In this document: piece after piece, positions 14,191-26,712 of the stretch
How the letters are laid out: the number at the start of each line of letters is the position of its first letter
How positions within the stretch are numbered: position 1 is the first letter of the stretch
NCBI GenBank assembly: GCA_951406725.2
Contig: OX597822.1
Location: 25,048,001 to 25,112,000, forward strand
Direction of reading: 5' to 3'
DNA length: 64,000 nucleotides
Source of the DNA: Octopus vulgaris
Lineage: Eukaryota
Program-made: the position numbers and the translations under genes
Notes under the pieces: generated by a model
The model's input: only the letters and a program-made list of their open reading frames with translations
Told to the model about the DNA's origin: nothing
The model's database searches: none

Positions 14191-14566
14191 GGCGCAGGAG
14201 TGGCTGTGTGGTAAGTAGCTTGCTAACCAACCACACGGTTGCGGGTTCAGTCCCACTGCGTGGCATCTTGGGCAAGTGTCTTCTGCTATAGCCCCGGGCC
14301 GACCAATGCCTTGTGAGTGGATTTGGTAGACGGGAAACTGAAAGAAGCCTGTTGTATATATGTATATATATATGTATGCGTGTGTTTGTGTGTCTGTGTT
14401 TGTCCCCCTAGCATTGCTTGACAACCGATGCTGGTGTATTTAGGTCCCCGTCACTTAGCGGTTCGGCAAAAAGAGACCGATAGAATAAGTACTAAAAGGT
14501 GGTGCTCCAGCATGGCCGCAGTCAAATGACTGAAACAAGTAAAAGAGTAAAAGAGAGTAAAAGAGT
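14191..14566 (+). mobile_element. SINE family B, young full-length copy
   Basis: A box tggctgtgtgg, B box ggttcagtcc, CORE-like cttgggcaagtgtctt, internal microsatellite, (agtaaaag)n tail. Confidence 0.9.
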
Positions 14567-14583
14567 ATATATATATATATATA

Positions 14584-14999
14584 GGCGCAGGAGTGGCTGT
14601 GTGGTAAGTAGCTTGCTAACCAACCACATGGTTCCGGATTCAGTCCCACTGCATGGCATCTTGGGCAAGTGTCTTCTGCTATAGCCCCGGGCTGACCAAT
14701 GCCTTGTGAGTGGATTTGGTAGACGGAAACTGAAAGAAGCCTGTCGTATATATGTATATATGTATATAAGTGCGTGTGTGTGTATGTTTGTGTGTCTGTG
14801 TTTGTCCCCCTAGCATTGCTTGACAACTGATGCTGGTGTGTTTACGTCCCCGTCACTTAGCGGTTCGGCAAAAGAGACCGATAGAATAAGTACTGGGCTT
14901 ACAAAGAATAAGTCCCGGTCGATTTGCTTGACTAAAAGGCGGTGCTCCAGCATGGCCGCAGTCGAAATGACTGAAACAAGTAAAAGAGTAAAAGAGAGA
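14584..14999 (+). mobile_element. SINE family B, young full-length copy (tandem with previous)
   Basis: Nearly identical to 14191-14566 and to the reverse complement of 45078-45482. Confidence 0.9.
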
Positions 15000-15043
15000 A
15001 TATGTATACGTTTATATTAATGTTTGTTTGTATATTCAGTTAT

Positions 15044-15255
15044 GTGGAGGCGCGTGGCTTAGTGGTTAGTGTGTCAGCATTATGATCGTAAGATTGTGGT
15101 TTCGATTCCTGGACCGGGCGACGCGTTGTGTTCTTGAGCAAAACACTTCATTTCACGTTGCTCCAGTTCACTCAGCTGGCAAAAATGAGTAACGCTGCGA
15201 CAGACCGGGCCCATGAACCTGGCTAGGTTTTAAAAGGGCGCATTTATTATTTTTT
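15044..15255 (+). mobile_element. SINE family C with internal deletion
   Basis: Matches 5874-6137 but lacks most of the gatggactggcg..gggaaa segment. Confidence 0.85.
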
Positions 15256-15326
15256 TATATACAGTTATGATAAAAACAATTTTACATTAATTTGATGGGT
15301 TACTCTATACTTTTATAGAGTACAAA

Positions 15327-15406
15327 TTTATTATTCTTATACAAGATTGTCGTTGACAGTGACTTCGAAGTCACTGTCAGCAATATTATTGTTTAAGAAT
15401 GATAAA
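15327..15406. repeat. Fold-back palindrome centred on a hammerhead stem-III sequence
   Basis: 40-bp arms, no loop, axis within gacttc|gaagtc; core acttcgaagtcactgt identical to 53825-53840. Confidence 0.8.
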
Positions 15407-15914
15407 TATTTATGCGTGTAAAAGCTCTCTCTCTCTCCCACTCTCTCATTCGTAAGCCTACACGGGACTACACTCGCGATATCCTCGTTGTCTGTCTTAC
15501 ATATAAACAATCAAATACACATTCACTCAGAGACATACACACGTACGCACATATGCACACGTATACAAACATGAATACACACAAACATGCACACATATAC
15601 ATACAAACATACAAACTACAACACACAAGAGCACGCTCATTCAGGCACAGACGCACCCCCCACCACACGCACACACATACACATACACAAACATAGTGTA
15701 AACCTGAACACAATAAAACGGTTGAAGAACATTTGTCAAATACGTCTTCAGGGTTATAAATTATGTCTGAAATCTTTTACTGTGACGGAATTGGTAAGAA
15801 TGTCATTCTTTTGTCTCCAGTTCCTTGTTTGTGTCTTCCACCACCTAACAACCCAAAATGTTTATTTTGTGTCTGGTTTCAATCTCCCCTACATCTTACA
15901 CCCCATTCGCTCTC

Positions 15915-15929
15915 TGCGCATGCGCCAAT
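15915..15929. promoter_or_regulatory. NRF1-type motif overlapping a CCAAT box
   Basis: tgcgcatgcgc followed by an overlapping ccaat in non-repetitive sequence; motif match only. Confidence 0.3.
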
Positions 15930-16045
15930 ACGCACGAAGAAATGATCCCCTCTTTTGAATTTCGTCTCGTTTCATTTCCTCCTCCGAATCCTTCTCCCTC
16001 CTCCCTCCTTTCTAACTGTCTGTCTCTGTCCTTTCCTCTTCCACT

Positions 16046-16095
<50 letters not shown>

Positions 16096-16130
16096 CATAC
16101 ACACACACCCACATACATATATATATATAT

Positions 16131-16180
<50 letters not shown>

Positions 16181-17831
16181 GTATATATATATACATACAT
16201 ACATACATATACTATGCACGTCTTCACTTCTATTTTTATTCACTTGTTTGAATTGTTTGTTTATTTGAAGTGACTATATATATGTGTGTGTATGTGTGTA
16301 TATATAAACAGATTATACAGATGTATAAAAATATATATACTATGAATACATGTATGTATGTGTGTGCGTGAATATGTATATATATATATATATATATTCT
16401 TTTTTCTCCATTCTTCCTTCGTACTTCATTCTCTAAGTCTCTGTTCCCTTTTCTCTCTCTCTCTCTGTCTCTCCCTCCTTACGTCCCTCTCCCTTTCTAT
16501 CAACCTCCCTTTAACTATCATCTTCACCTCTGCATTGTACCAATATTGGTAATCCAAATTAATTTTTATACTAAACCCTATTGCAGTTAGTTCTCTCAAC
16601 GTCCCAGACAAATGGATCTTTGGCACTCGCTTTTGGTACATAAATGAAATATGAATTCCGACTACATTTTACCGTTTTATTTTCGTTCCAACTCCATCTA
16701 GACGTATAGAGGTATATCGGATATAAACAAGTTACTAATAAAAGATTTCTACGCCCTCAACTGACAAGAGAGTTATACTTGTTTCTGTTCCAATGCAGTA
16801 TATTATTTTTAAAAATAATTTTGTTTTCGAGTATAACAGGTTTAGATTCAGCAATAAGAGGAGTGTGAAAAAAAGAATGTATGCTTTGTTTTATTATTAT
16901 ATTTCTGAGATATCTACAACAGGTTCATTTTTACTGGTGTATCAATTGGACAAGCTTCCGACCGCTGGTGAAAAAGGCATTCTCGATATTGTTCTCTGGG
17001 GAATATAGTTCCAGGAAAAATATATCTTAAGCTAAATACCACGAAATCAATTTATTCTTTCTTTTAGTTCTTGAGATGTCAAACATCGCTTCGAAATCTG
17101 AGCGCTAGTAGATGTGTGTGTGTGTGTGTGCGTGCGTGTGGGTGTATGTGAAAGTTTTCAGTCATGACTGGTCACACATATGCAAACACATAGACACACA
17201 CAAAGACTTTCTGCTTATAGCAATTCATTGACAGGCATTTGAAAATAATTCCTTTCTTTTCTATTCTCTGTCCTCCCCCTTATACACCCACACATCATTT
17301 ATGAATCTCATGGGAGGACGGAAATCATCATTAGGTATCACGACAAGAAGAAGTTTCTCCTTTCACATTTGTCGACTTATATTAAAACGTTACGAAGAAG
17401 CTAATTCATTCAAGACATAAAAGCACACAGAACCAGTATCAGAGACGTTGATGGAGAGTTCAGGTTGTCTTGGATGGAAAAATAATATAGATAACATTCC
17501 GTGTCCAACATTAATTTGAGGAAAATGTGTTTGGCATATCTAACAATCTCTTTTTTCCTACTTATTTTTTTCGACTATTTTTCATCTTATTGCTATAATT
17601 TAACTATCTTCTCATTCTCATGGAAACATTCCAGGACTTTTGGTCATGTACCAAAGAAAGCATTCAAACTCTTTATATATCTCACGAATTTTACACATAC
17701 ACAAACGTTATCTGAAGACTAGTTATATGGTTTATCTCTTTACATACGAGAACTGATCGTTATCAGTGTTAGTAGTTTTAACAGAGAAAGTAGAGCGCTG
17801 GACTAAGTGCCTTGCTGTGTGTGTGTGTATG

Positions 17832-17890
<59 letters not shown>

Positions 17891-18092
17891 CAAGGCACAG
17901 GCGTGACTGTGTGGCAAGAAGCTTGCTACCCAACCACATGGTTCTGAGTTCAACCTCACTGTGTGGCACCTTGCACAAGTATCTTCTACTATAGCTTTGG
18001 GCTGACCAAAGACATGTTATTAGATTTAGTTGACAGAAACTGAAAGGAGCCGGTCAAATAGGTTTATATATATATATTAGAAGGTTTGGAGG

Positions 18093-18152
<60 letters not shown>

Positions 18153-18239
18153 CATATACATACATACACACACACACATATATATATATATCTATATATG
18201 TGTGTATGTATGTATGTGTGTGCGTGCATGTGTGTGTGT

Positions 18240-18374
18240 GTTATAAATTAGATCAAATAGTAAAAGGTTGTCATTATACTACTTGGAGTTTCGAATCTGG
18301 GAGCGAAGAGGTACGACATTCGAAACTCCGAGTACTATAATGACAATCTTTTACTGTTTGTTCTAAATTATAAC
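18240..18374. repeat. Inverted repeat carrying a hammerhead remnant (Penelope-like fragment)
   Basis: Arms 18240-18296 and 18318-18374; right arm cGAAActccgagTActata; spacer contains agc-gaagag (decayed CTGAAGA). Confidence 0.7.
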
Positions 18375-18430
18375 ATATATAAACAATCCTCTATTTATCT
18401 AATATCGAGGTCTCATTCTTTTGTTGTTAC

Positions 18431-18503
<73 letters not shown>

Positions 18504-18605
18504 CATTATTATTATTATGAAAATACTGGTTAGTTACCAATCTATAGAAAGTTCAACTATAAGGTAACCATATAAACCGTGGTTCATATAATTACATATT
18601 TAAGG

Positions 18606-18835
18606 AATAAGGAGAAAACGGTGAGGTAATTAATAACATTATATGTTAATTATAAAATGACATCTCTGACAGCTGTTTTGATCCAGAAATATTTAGATAA
18701 TTTATTTATAAAATTAAAATCATTATAAGATTAAAATCATTATAAAGATTTTTGAATCGAAACAGCTGTCAGAGATGTTGTCATTTTATAATTAATAAAT
18801 AATTTTATTAATTAACTCTCCATTTTCTCCTTATT
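18606..18835. repeat. Inverted repeat carrying a hammerhead 3' half (Penelope-like fragment)
   Basis: Arms ~18606-18690 and ~18748-18835; right arm cGAAAcagctgTCagaga (palindromic stem III, GUC triplet); no CTGANGA seen. Confidence 0.7.
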
Positions 18836-19719
18836 GTTTATATATATATTTGTGTGTGCCTTTGTATTTGTGTTTGTCCACCACCACCACTTGACAACCG
18901 GTGTTAGTGTGTTTACATCCCTGTTACTTAGCGGTTCGGCTAAGGTAAAGATAGAATAAGTAGCAAGTTTAACAAAAAGTAAGTACTGGGGTCGATTCAT
19001 TCGACAAAAATGCATTTCTTCTTGGTGTTTACGGAAGCAGTAAAAGATAAGTCGCTCAAGGTAGTTGAACATTTCAAATACCTTGGTGTGTGGACACAGA
19101 GTCCGGAAAGTTAGCATGGTCCCACACAGTGTGACTGAACCTGGCACCATGTGGTTGGTAAGCACGCTACTTACCACACAGCCACACGTGCGCCTATAGC
19201 CACTCGTGCGCCTGTGTGTATGTGTGTGTGGTGTGTGTGTGTGTGTGTGTGTGTGTCTATATATATGTATATATATATTTGCGTGTATGTAGAAATATAT
19301 ATTCATTTATATGAATATATATCTAGTAAGCTACATACAGTAAGCTACAAACATATAGACACACAGAAGGAAGGACACATACACGCACTTTGACACACAC
19401 ATACACAAACACACACACTCACACACATACACACACACACATACACACACACACACAAGCGCGCATGCGCGACGGGCCTCCACACAATTTCCGTTTAACA
19501 AAATTCCACTGAAGTTGTAAATAGATTTATTTATAATGTCTAAGTAATTCTTTTACCAAAATAACACCGATAATGATGTTTACTTACGTCGGAATTTCTG
19601 AGTTAGGCTGTTGTTAATATTGTAGTAGTTATAATAGTAGTATTAGTATTAGTATCAGTAGTAGTAGTGGTAGTAGTAGTAGTAGTAGTAGTAGCAGAAG
19701 CTGTTGTTGTTGTTACTGT

Positions 19720-19915
19720 TGTCGTTTAGCCACAGGTCAAACCTAACAGCCTTACAACTCTCTGAACAAACGTTCTGATCATATCTTTAAATCAATCACA
19801 TTGAATCTAGAGTTAACGTATGTAGTCTTCCTCCTTTTAACGTTAGAAGGATGTGTTTTGAGGGAGATTTGGCTGCTAATTCTTTTAAATCGAAGTACTA
19901 AGTAAAGGTTATTTC
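19720..19915 (+). repeat. Unclassified dispersed repeat family D
   Basis: Motif gatttggctgcta(t)ttct recurs near 20510, 25065, 46875 and 49270. Confidence 0.55.
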
Positions 19916-20043
19916 ATTTGGTGGAATTGGAATGTCGAGAATTAATGTTGTTTAGCCGTAGGTTTACCTTAATTTGGTTCATTTATCATTAAAAATGGTT
20001 CACCTGCGAACATCCTATTATCTCATTGTGCGCGCCCCCCCAC

Positions 20044-20196
<153 letters not shown>

Positions 20197-20284
20197 GAGA
20201 ATTTACGAAAAAAACAAAAGACGAAAACAGGTGGTGTACAAAACAAACAGATGTATTAGTATAACGCTCAGGAATAGAAAAAGG

Positions 20285-20320
20285 CTTTTACGTTTCGAGC
20301 CTACGCTCCTCTACAGAAAG
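20285..20320 (-). ncRNA. Minimal type-I hammerhead-like motif, variant core (family H1)
   Basis: Reverse complement: cttt-CTGTAGA-G-GAGC gtag GCTC-GAAA-CG-TA-aaag; within a ~140-bp repeat (20194-20332) shared with 26.0 kb and 45.8 kb. Confidence 0.55.
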
Positions 20321-20325
20321 GGACA

Positions 20326-20410
<85 letters not shown>

Positions 20411-20984
20411 TACTTATACACACATACAAGCGTGTATTAACAGAAATAATTATCAATATTAAAATAAGGAGCAGAGAAGCAATAATTGATGGTGTGGTTT
20501 GAGGAAATTTGGGCTGCTATTTCTAACAAGTCGAACGATTGCATACCGGTTCTCTACAAATACCTATTTAATCGACTGTTGGGTTGTAAGGTAAAGTTGG
20601 AAGAAAGCGCCATAAAATTGGACAGTTTAACGTATTTAGTCCGGTGCTTTTTTTCTCTTAAGCTTTGCCGAGAGATTAAGACATTCATTTGGCAATCATA
20701 AGGCGTCGAATTCAGTTCATTTCCTCTACACGGCACTTTCGGTATCTTTTCCACTACTTTGGACTGACCCCAACATTGTGAATGAAATTAGAGACACAGA
20801 AACTGTACGGAAGTTCATCGGATGGATTGCATTTTCAAATCAAGTGTTCGACCTCGAAACATTGTGTCATGCTGGATTAGTCTGTGAATTACATTAAAGA
20901 TACACGTAACTGTGAAATACTCAGCTTTTTATACATTACTCTCTTGTTGGTCTTTTAGCGATCAGAGAATCTGATATCCTTTAT

Positions 20985-21325
20985 ACATCGCTGATCACAT
21001 TGCGCTTCCATTCTTCCTTTGATCGCGCCCTTTTCTCCCATTTGGGCTCGAACCGCTTGACTATGTCGTTTCCCCATCGTCTGGGAGGTCTTTCAAGTGG
21101 TCTCTTCCGATCTCTTAACTACCGCTCGATAAATTGCAAAGGTCTACTTGTTGTCTGGGAACCTTGTGGCACGTCCAGCCCAGCAGAACTTGTGCATTTG
21201 GTATTCCGCTATGATACCGTTTCACGTCCCTCTGTTCTCGAATTACCTTGTAATGCTCCCGGTAATGATCATATTCCAAGCATGGATCCTTCCGAGGACC
21301 TCTGTTGGTCGAGCAACTCAACACA
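20985..21325 (-). mobile_element. RTE-clade LINE 3' fragment
   Basis: Frameshifted translation QRSSEGSMLGI..KFCWAGRATRFPDNK*T..RDRKRPLERPPRRWGNDIVKRF..W..RARSKEEWK matches RTE QRAMERxMLG, WAGHVAR..DNRWT and KRPxGRPxxRW motifs. Confidence 0.85.
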
Positions 21326-21340
21326 GATTGGAAAAACAGA

Positions 21341-21402
<62 letters not shown>

Positions 21403-22020
21403 TCATCATCCTTGTTACACCAAAAAAAAAACAACTGGTTCCTTTTTTTACCTCATTTCCTGCACAAAAGCGCTGCAGTTTTGTAAAGTCCAACCTCCTC
21501 TTGTAACCATCAATCATATTTGTCAATTCTCAACGAATTGTCTATGAATTTTAAACTTGAAAAGTCTTAGTTATGAATAGTGTTAAGCTAATAATTATAT
21601 TAGTAACTCCGAAGCTTTCGTGTGTTATTTCAATTAAAACGAACGCTAAAGATGCAATCCATCACCCCAAAGGTCGACAAAGTTGGGTTCTCGGATCAAC
21701 CCAAGCGGAATTGATCTAAGTTTACATGTAAAAAAGATTTATGTGAATTCCACCAAACTTCTCCACATGGTTAGCTAAGACTGTTGGCACTTCTCTCATG
21801 CGATGTCTTTATAGCTAGTCAGTTATTAGGCACAAACGAAACGAAGAATAAACAAATAATTAAAATATTATTTATTATATACGTAACCATTAATGATTAT
21901 ATTTTTGTTAGACATAAGGTTTTGAATTCCGGAGTAGTGAGAGTTCTAGTAGTGGTGGTGATGGTGGTGAAGGTGGATATTGTTGAAGCCAGTACTTAGC
22001 AGGTACTTACTATCATTATA

Positions 22021-22073
<53 letters not shown>

Positions 22074-22497
22074 CGGGTTTCTTTCAGTTTCCGTCTACCA
22101 AATACACTCACAAAGCTTTGGTCGGCTCCAGACTATAGTAGAAGACACTTGCCCAAGGTGCCACGCAGTGGGACTGAACCCGGGACCATGTGGTTGGGAA
22201 GCAAGCTTCTTACCACACAACCACGCCTGCACCTTTCTCTCTCTCCCACTCTCTTTCTTCCATCCCCTCTCTCTCTATATATATATATCTGTTTGTGTGT
22301 CTGTGTTTGTCCTACACCACCGCTTGACAACCGGTGTTAGTGTGTTTATTTCCCCGTAACTTAGCGGCGTTCGGCTAAAGAAACCAAAAGAACAAGTACC
22401 TGGTTTAAAATGAACAATAATTATGTGGGGTCGATTCATTCGACTAAAAATTCCTCATGGCGATACCCCAGTATGTCTGCAATTTAATGACAGAAAC

Positions 22498-22500
<3 letters not shown>
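22074..22500. mobile_element. SINE family B with head (-, 22074-22233) inverted relative to tail (+, 22290-22500)
   Basis: Both parts match 14584-14999 but in opposite orientations. Confidence 0.75.
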
Positions 22501-22561
<61 letters not shown>

Positions 22562-22954
22562 AAAGAAAAGGTGACAACAAATAGAGGGATGGACGGCAAA
22601 GTCGGCTGCAGCGATGAATAAGGTGTGTAACCACCCACCTACGGGTGCACAAAAGCTTCTATTTTTCAACACCCTAAAATAAATCATTCCTCACATTGGT
22701 AAAGGATGTGTAAGTCGAGTGATTCCACTCCAGTACTTGTAGTGGTAATTATTTTATCAAGCCTTAGCAGGATGGGGTTGATGGTGGGGGCTGGTGGTAA
22801 GGCTTGCAGGTGAGGTATGAGGAGTGCGAAAAGTAAAGCTTACGTGCTTGATGTAACAGAATTAAGTGTTCAAATTTTAATCGAATTAAGATAACATTAG
22901 GCGCTTTAAATAACTTGCAACAAAAAGAAGAGTCTGTCAATGTTCGTCAGTCTG

Positions 22955-23029
<75 letters not shown>

Positions 23030-23699
23030 CTCTATCTATCTCCTAAAGCATTGTTTAATTTGTAACACTCTCGATGTATATTTTTCTATACATACATATA
23101 TGTACATATGTACACACATGTATATACATGCATATATATATGTATGCATATGCATGTGCATATATACATATACGTATAAAAATAAAAATAAATATATATA
23201 TATATATATATGCATATACATGCATATTTATACAAACATACATACATATTTGCACGCACACACGTGTGCGTATATATATATATTAATCATTAGTCTCATA
23301 AGCCACTCACCAGTCTCACGTAATGAAGATAACGAATACCATCATATGTGTATGTATATATGTGCATTGATTTGTAGGTTCGATTCTGGCTTGGGTTAGC
23401 TCATCATTTTTCAGTCAATTGTCTATATATAAATGTCACTTTAAATCGGAGTATATATATATTACTATTATGATATATTATTATTATCATATAGTTATTA
23501 TTGTGCTGATAGGCTTCCATAGTCTTTTCAGTATTATTTAGTCTCTAGATTATAATGCTTTCAACCGGTGAAATTATAACACTCATTATATAATATCACA
23601 TGATATCTAATCTGGAACGTCATTTCACTGTATCATTGTATTTCATCGTTACTAACAATGTTAGTATGTTATAATAAAGATAGAGACATGTAGACTCAT

Positions 23700-23836
23700 A
23701 AGATCAGTTTCCTGGTTTCTGTGACGTTTATATTCCTCCCGTGAAATGAAGTAAACGCGTCGCCCGGTCCAAGAATCGAAGTCACAGTCTTACGATCATG
23801 AGTCCTACACCCGAAGCATTAAGCCATGAGCCTCCA
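23700..23836 (-). mobile_element. SINE family C, decayed
   Basis: Reverse complement gtggaggctcatggcttaatg..catgatcgtaagactgtg matches the head at 15044. Confidence 0.7.
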
Positions 23837-23889
23837 CGTTTATTATGACGCCCGTTACTTTTCTATGAAACGAACCTGGACTTATGAAA

Positions 23890-25255
23890 AAGGTAGTAGT
23901 GGTGTTGGGGATTGTGGTGATGATGGTGATGATGAAGGTGATTGTGGTGGTGATGGTGGCGGTGACCATGATGGTGATCGGGGTGATGGTGGTGTTGATA
24001 ATAGTGGTGGTTATAGTAGTTGGGGTGGTTGTGGTGATTATAGCTGGAGTGGTGGTGACCATGGTATGATTACGATCATGGAGGTGGTGGTGGTAGTAGT
24101 AGTAGTAGTAGTGATAGTTTGGTGGCGGTAGTGTTGTTGATAGTGGTGACATCTGTTGTAGTCGTGGTTATAAATATGGTGGTGTTAATGGTAAGGGTTG
24201 TAGTTGCAGTAGTGACATGGTGATCGTTGTAGTGTTGGCGGTGTGGGTAGTGGTGTTTGTGGCGATAGTGACAAGTGACAGTTGTAGATGTGGTCGTAGT
24301 TATGATGTGGCAGCCGTGGTGGTAGTTGTGAGAGTCGTTGGTAGCTTAGCAATGGTAATGATGGTTGAGGTGGTTGTGTTGCTGTGGTAGTGGTGCATGT
24401 AGTGTCTACGATGCTGTTTGTTGTGGCTAAATTTGTGGTGCTGGTAGTTATGGCGGTGGTTGTGTTGTCGGTGGTAGCGATGGTGGATGAGGTGGTGGTT
24501 GTGGTGGTGGTAGTGATGTTGGTGGTTGTAATGGTGGTTGTTGTGATGGCGGTGGTTGTTGTGATGGTGGTAGTTGTGGTGGTGGTAGTGATGGTATTTG
24601 TTGTGATGGTGGTGGTTGTGATGGTGGTGGTAGTGATGGTGGTAGTGATGGTGGCGGTTGTAATGGTGGATGGTGGTGGTAGTGATGGTTGTAGCTGTGG
24701 TGGTGGTTGTGATGTTGATAGTGATGGTTATGGTCATGGTGGTAGTGGATGTGGTGGTGGTGGTGGTTGTTGTGATGGTTGTTGTTGTGGTGTTGGTGCT
24801 GGTGTGGTGTTGTTTATGGTATGTTGGTTGTTGCTATGGTTGCAGTGTTGTTGTTACTGTGGTTGTTATAGTTGTGGTAGTTGTGGTGTTGGTGCAAGTG
24901 ACGTTTGTTATTGTTATTGTAGCTATATTGTTGTGTTTATGACGGTGTTGTTGTTGTTGATATTGTTGTTGTTGGTGGGGAAAATGGTTATATAAATAAC
25001 CCAGAACCGCATTATCCAACGTGCCCTTTCTTAAGATGGTTGGGTGCGAGTTAAGGAAGATTTGCCTGCTATTTCTAGCAGTTCGAGCGATCACATACAG
25101 GTTCACTTGTATTCTCGAGATGATGATAGTAATTAGAGGAGATGATGCGGGTAGTGGCGGTGGTGATCGTTGTGGTGGTGGTTGTGGTGGTGGTGGTGAT
25201 GGTTGTGGTGGTGATGGTTGTGATGGAGATGGTGGTGGTGATGATGGTGGGTTGC
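23890..25255. repeat. G/T-rich cryptic trinucleotide low-complexity tract (GGT/GAT/GTT/AGT)
   Basis: ~1.35 kb nearly free of C on the + strand, interrupted by a family-D repeat at ~24995-25100. Confidence 0.9.
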
Positions 25256-25358
25256 AGCGGTGTTCATGCTAATTTCTGAAGATATGGTGTTACAAACTAC
25301 AGGGGAACCACCAAGATTTCTTTAAGATAATCAGGAAAGCATTTAAACAACGAATTTA

Positions 25359-25409
<51 letters not shown>

Positions 25410-25522
25410 CAAATATGTATTCGAATATATATATAGTATATATACAAACACATGTATATGTATATATGCATGTATGTATACATATATATAATTTATGTAT
25501 ATACATATATATGTGTATATTT

Positions 25523-25553
<31 letters not shown>

Positions 25554-25556
25554 GAC

Positions 25557-25625
<69 letters not shown>

Positions 25626-25783
25626 CACGTATATTTTTGGGACCGAATGTCACTGTGGGATCCCTTGACGACAATGTATACATGTATATATATATGTATA
25701 TATTTATATATATATTTATACGTATGTATATATGCATGCAATATATATATATATATATATATACATGCAAACATGTATACATA

Positions 25784-25830
<47 letters not shown>

Positions 25831-26027
25831 ATATATATATGTATATATGTGTATATTTTTTAATAATATTTTTGTTGTTTTTGTAAAATCTCAGAAAATA
25901 ATTAAAAATTCACATTTTTTGTCAAATTATTTTGTTATATATATATGTATATATATACATGCATATATTGGACTACTGAGCTCAACACTTTGTTTTTCAT
26001 TCTCTCTCTATTTAGTTCCTCTTAATG

Positions 26028-26063
26028 CTTTCTGTCGAAGAGGATAGGCTCGAAACATAAAAG
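26028..26063 (+). ncRNA. Minimal hammerhead-like motif, variant core (family H1)
   Basis: cttt-CTGTCGA-A-GAG gatagg CTC-GAAA-CA-TA-aaag. Confidence 0.5.
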
Positions 26064-26161
26064 ACTTTTTCATTTTCTCGAGCGTCAAACTAATACACTT
26101 GCTTGCTGTTCCTACACCTGTCTTCGTCTTGGTTATTCTATAAATTTGAACTAGGTATATT

Positions 26162-26198
<37 letters not shown>

Positions 26199-26210
26199 GG
26201 GTGTGTGTGT

Positions 26211-26276
<66 letters not shown>

Positions 26277-26315
26277 GCTCGCGTGTATATATATATACAT
26301 GTATATATCTATCTA

Positions 26316-26376
<61 letters not shown>

Positions 26377-26391
26377 ATTTCTATGTATACA

Positions 26392-26657
26392 TACGAAACG
26401 AAAATGTTTAAGTAAATTAAGTAAATAATAATAATTATAATATCAGCTGTTATAGACGGAAAAATAAGACAGAAATGCCAAACAAGTAACTGTATGTGCA
26501 CTAATGGAACATCGATCAATGAGTTCGAATTCCATATGGAAACATATATTTTTTGTCTTATACTGACATTTTCTTTTATAATGTCTAATATCATTTACAT
26601 TAATAATATACATACATGCATATATATATATATATATATATATGTGTTTGTTTGTGC

Positions 26658-26712
<55 letters not shown>

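Larger units (their letters stand above)
17893..19010 (+). mobile_element. SINE family B split at its internal microsatellite
   Basis: Head 17893-18055 and tail ~18850-19010 in the same orientation, separated by microsatellites and two fold-back elements. Confidence 0.65.

Noticed and set aside
19458-19472. NRF1-like gcgcatgcgc
   Set aside because: Embedded in a CA/CG microsatellite inside a SINE remnant
24300-24995. Poly-His/Thr, poly-Val and Gly/Cys-rich ORFs resembling structural or metal-binding proteins
   Set aside because: Overlapping frames of one low-complexity trinucleotide tract; no splice signals or unique domain
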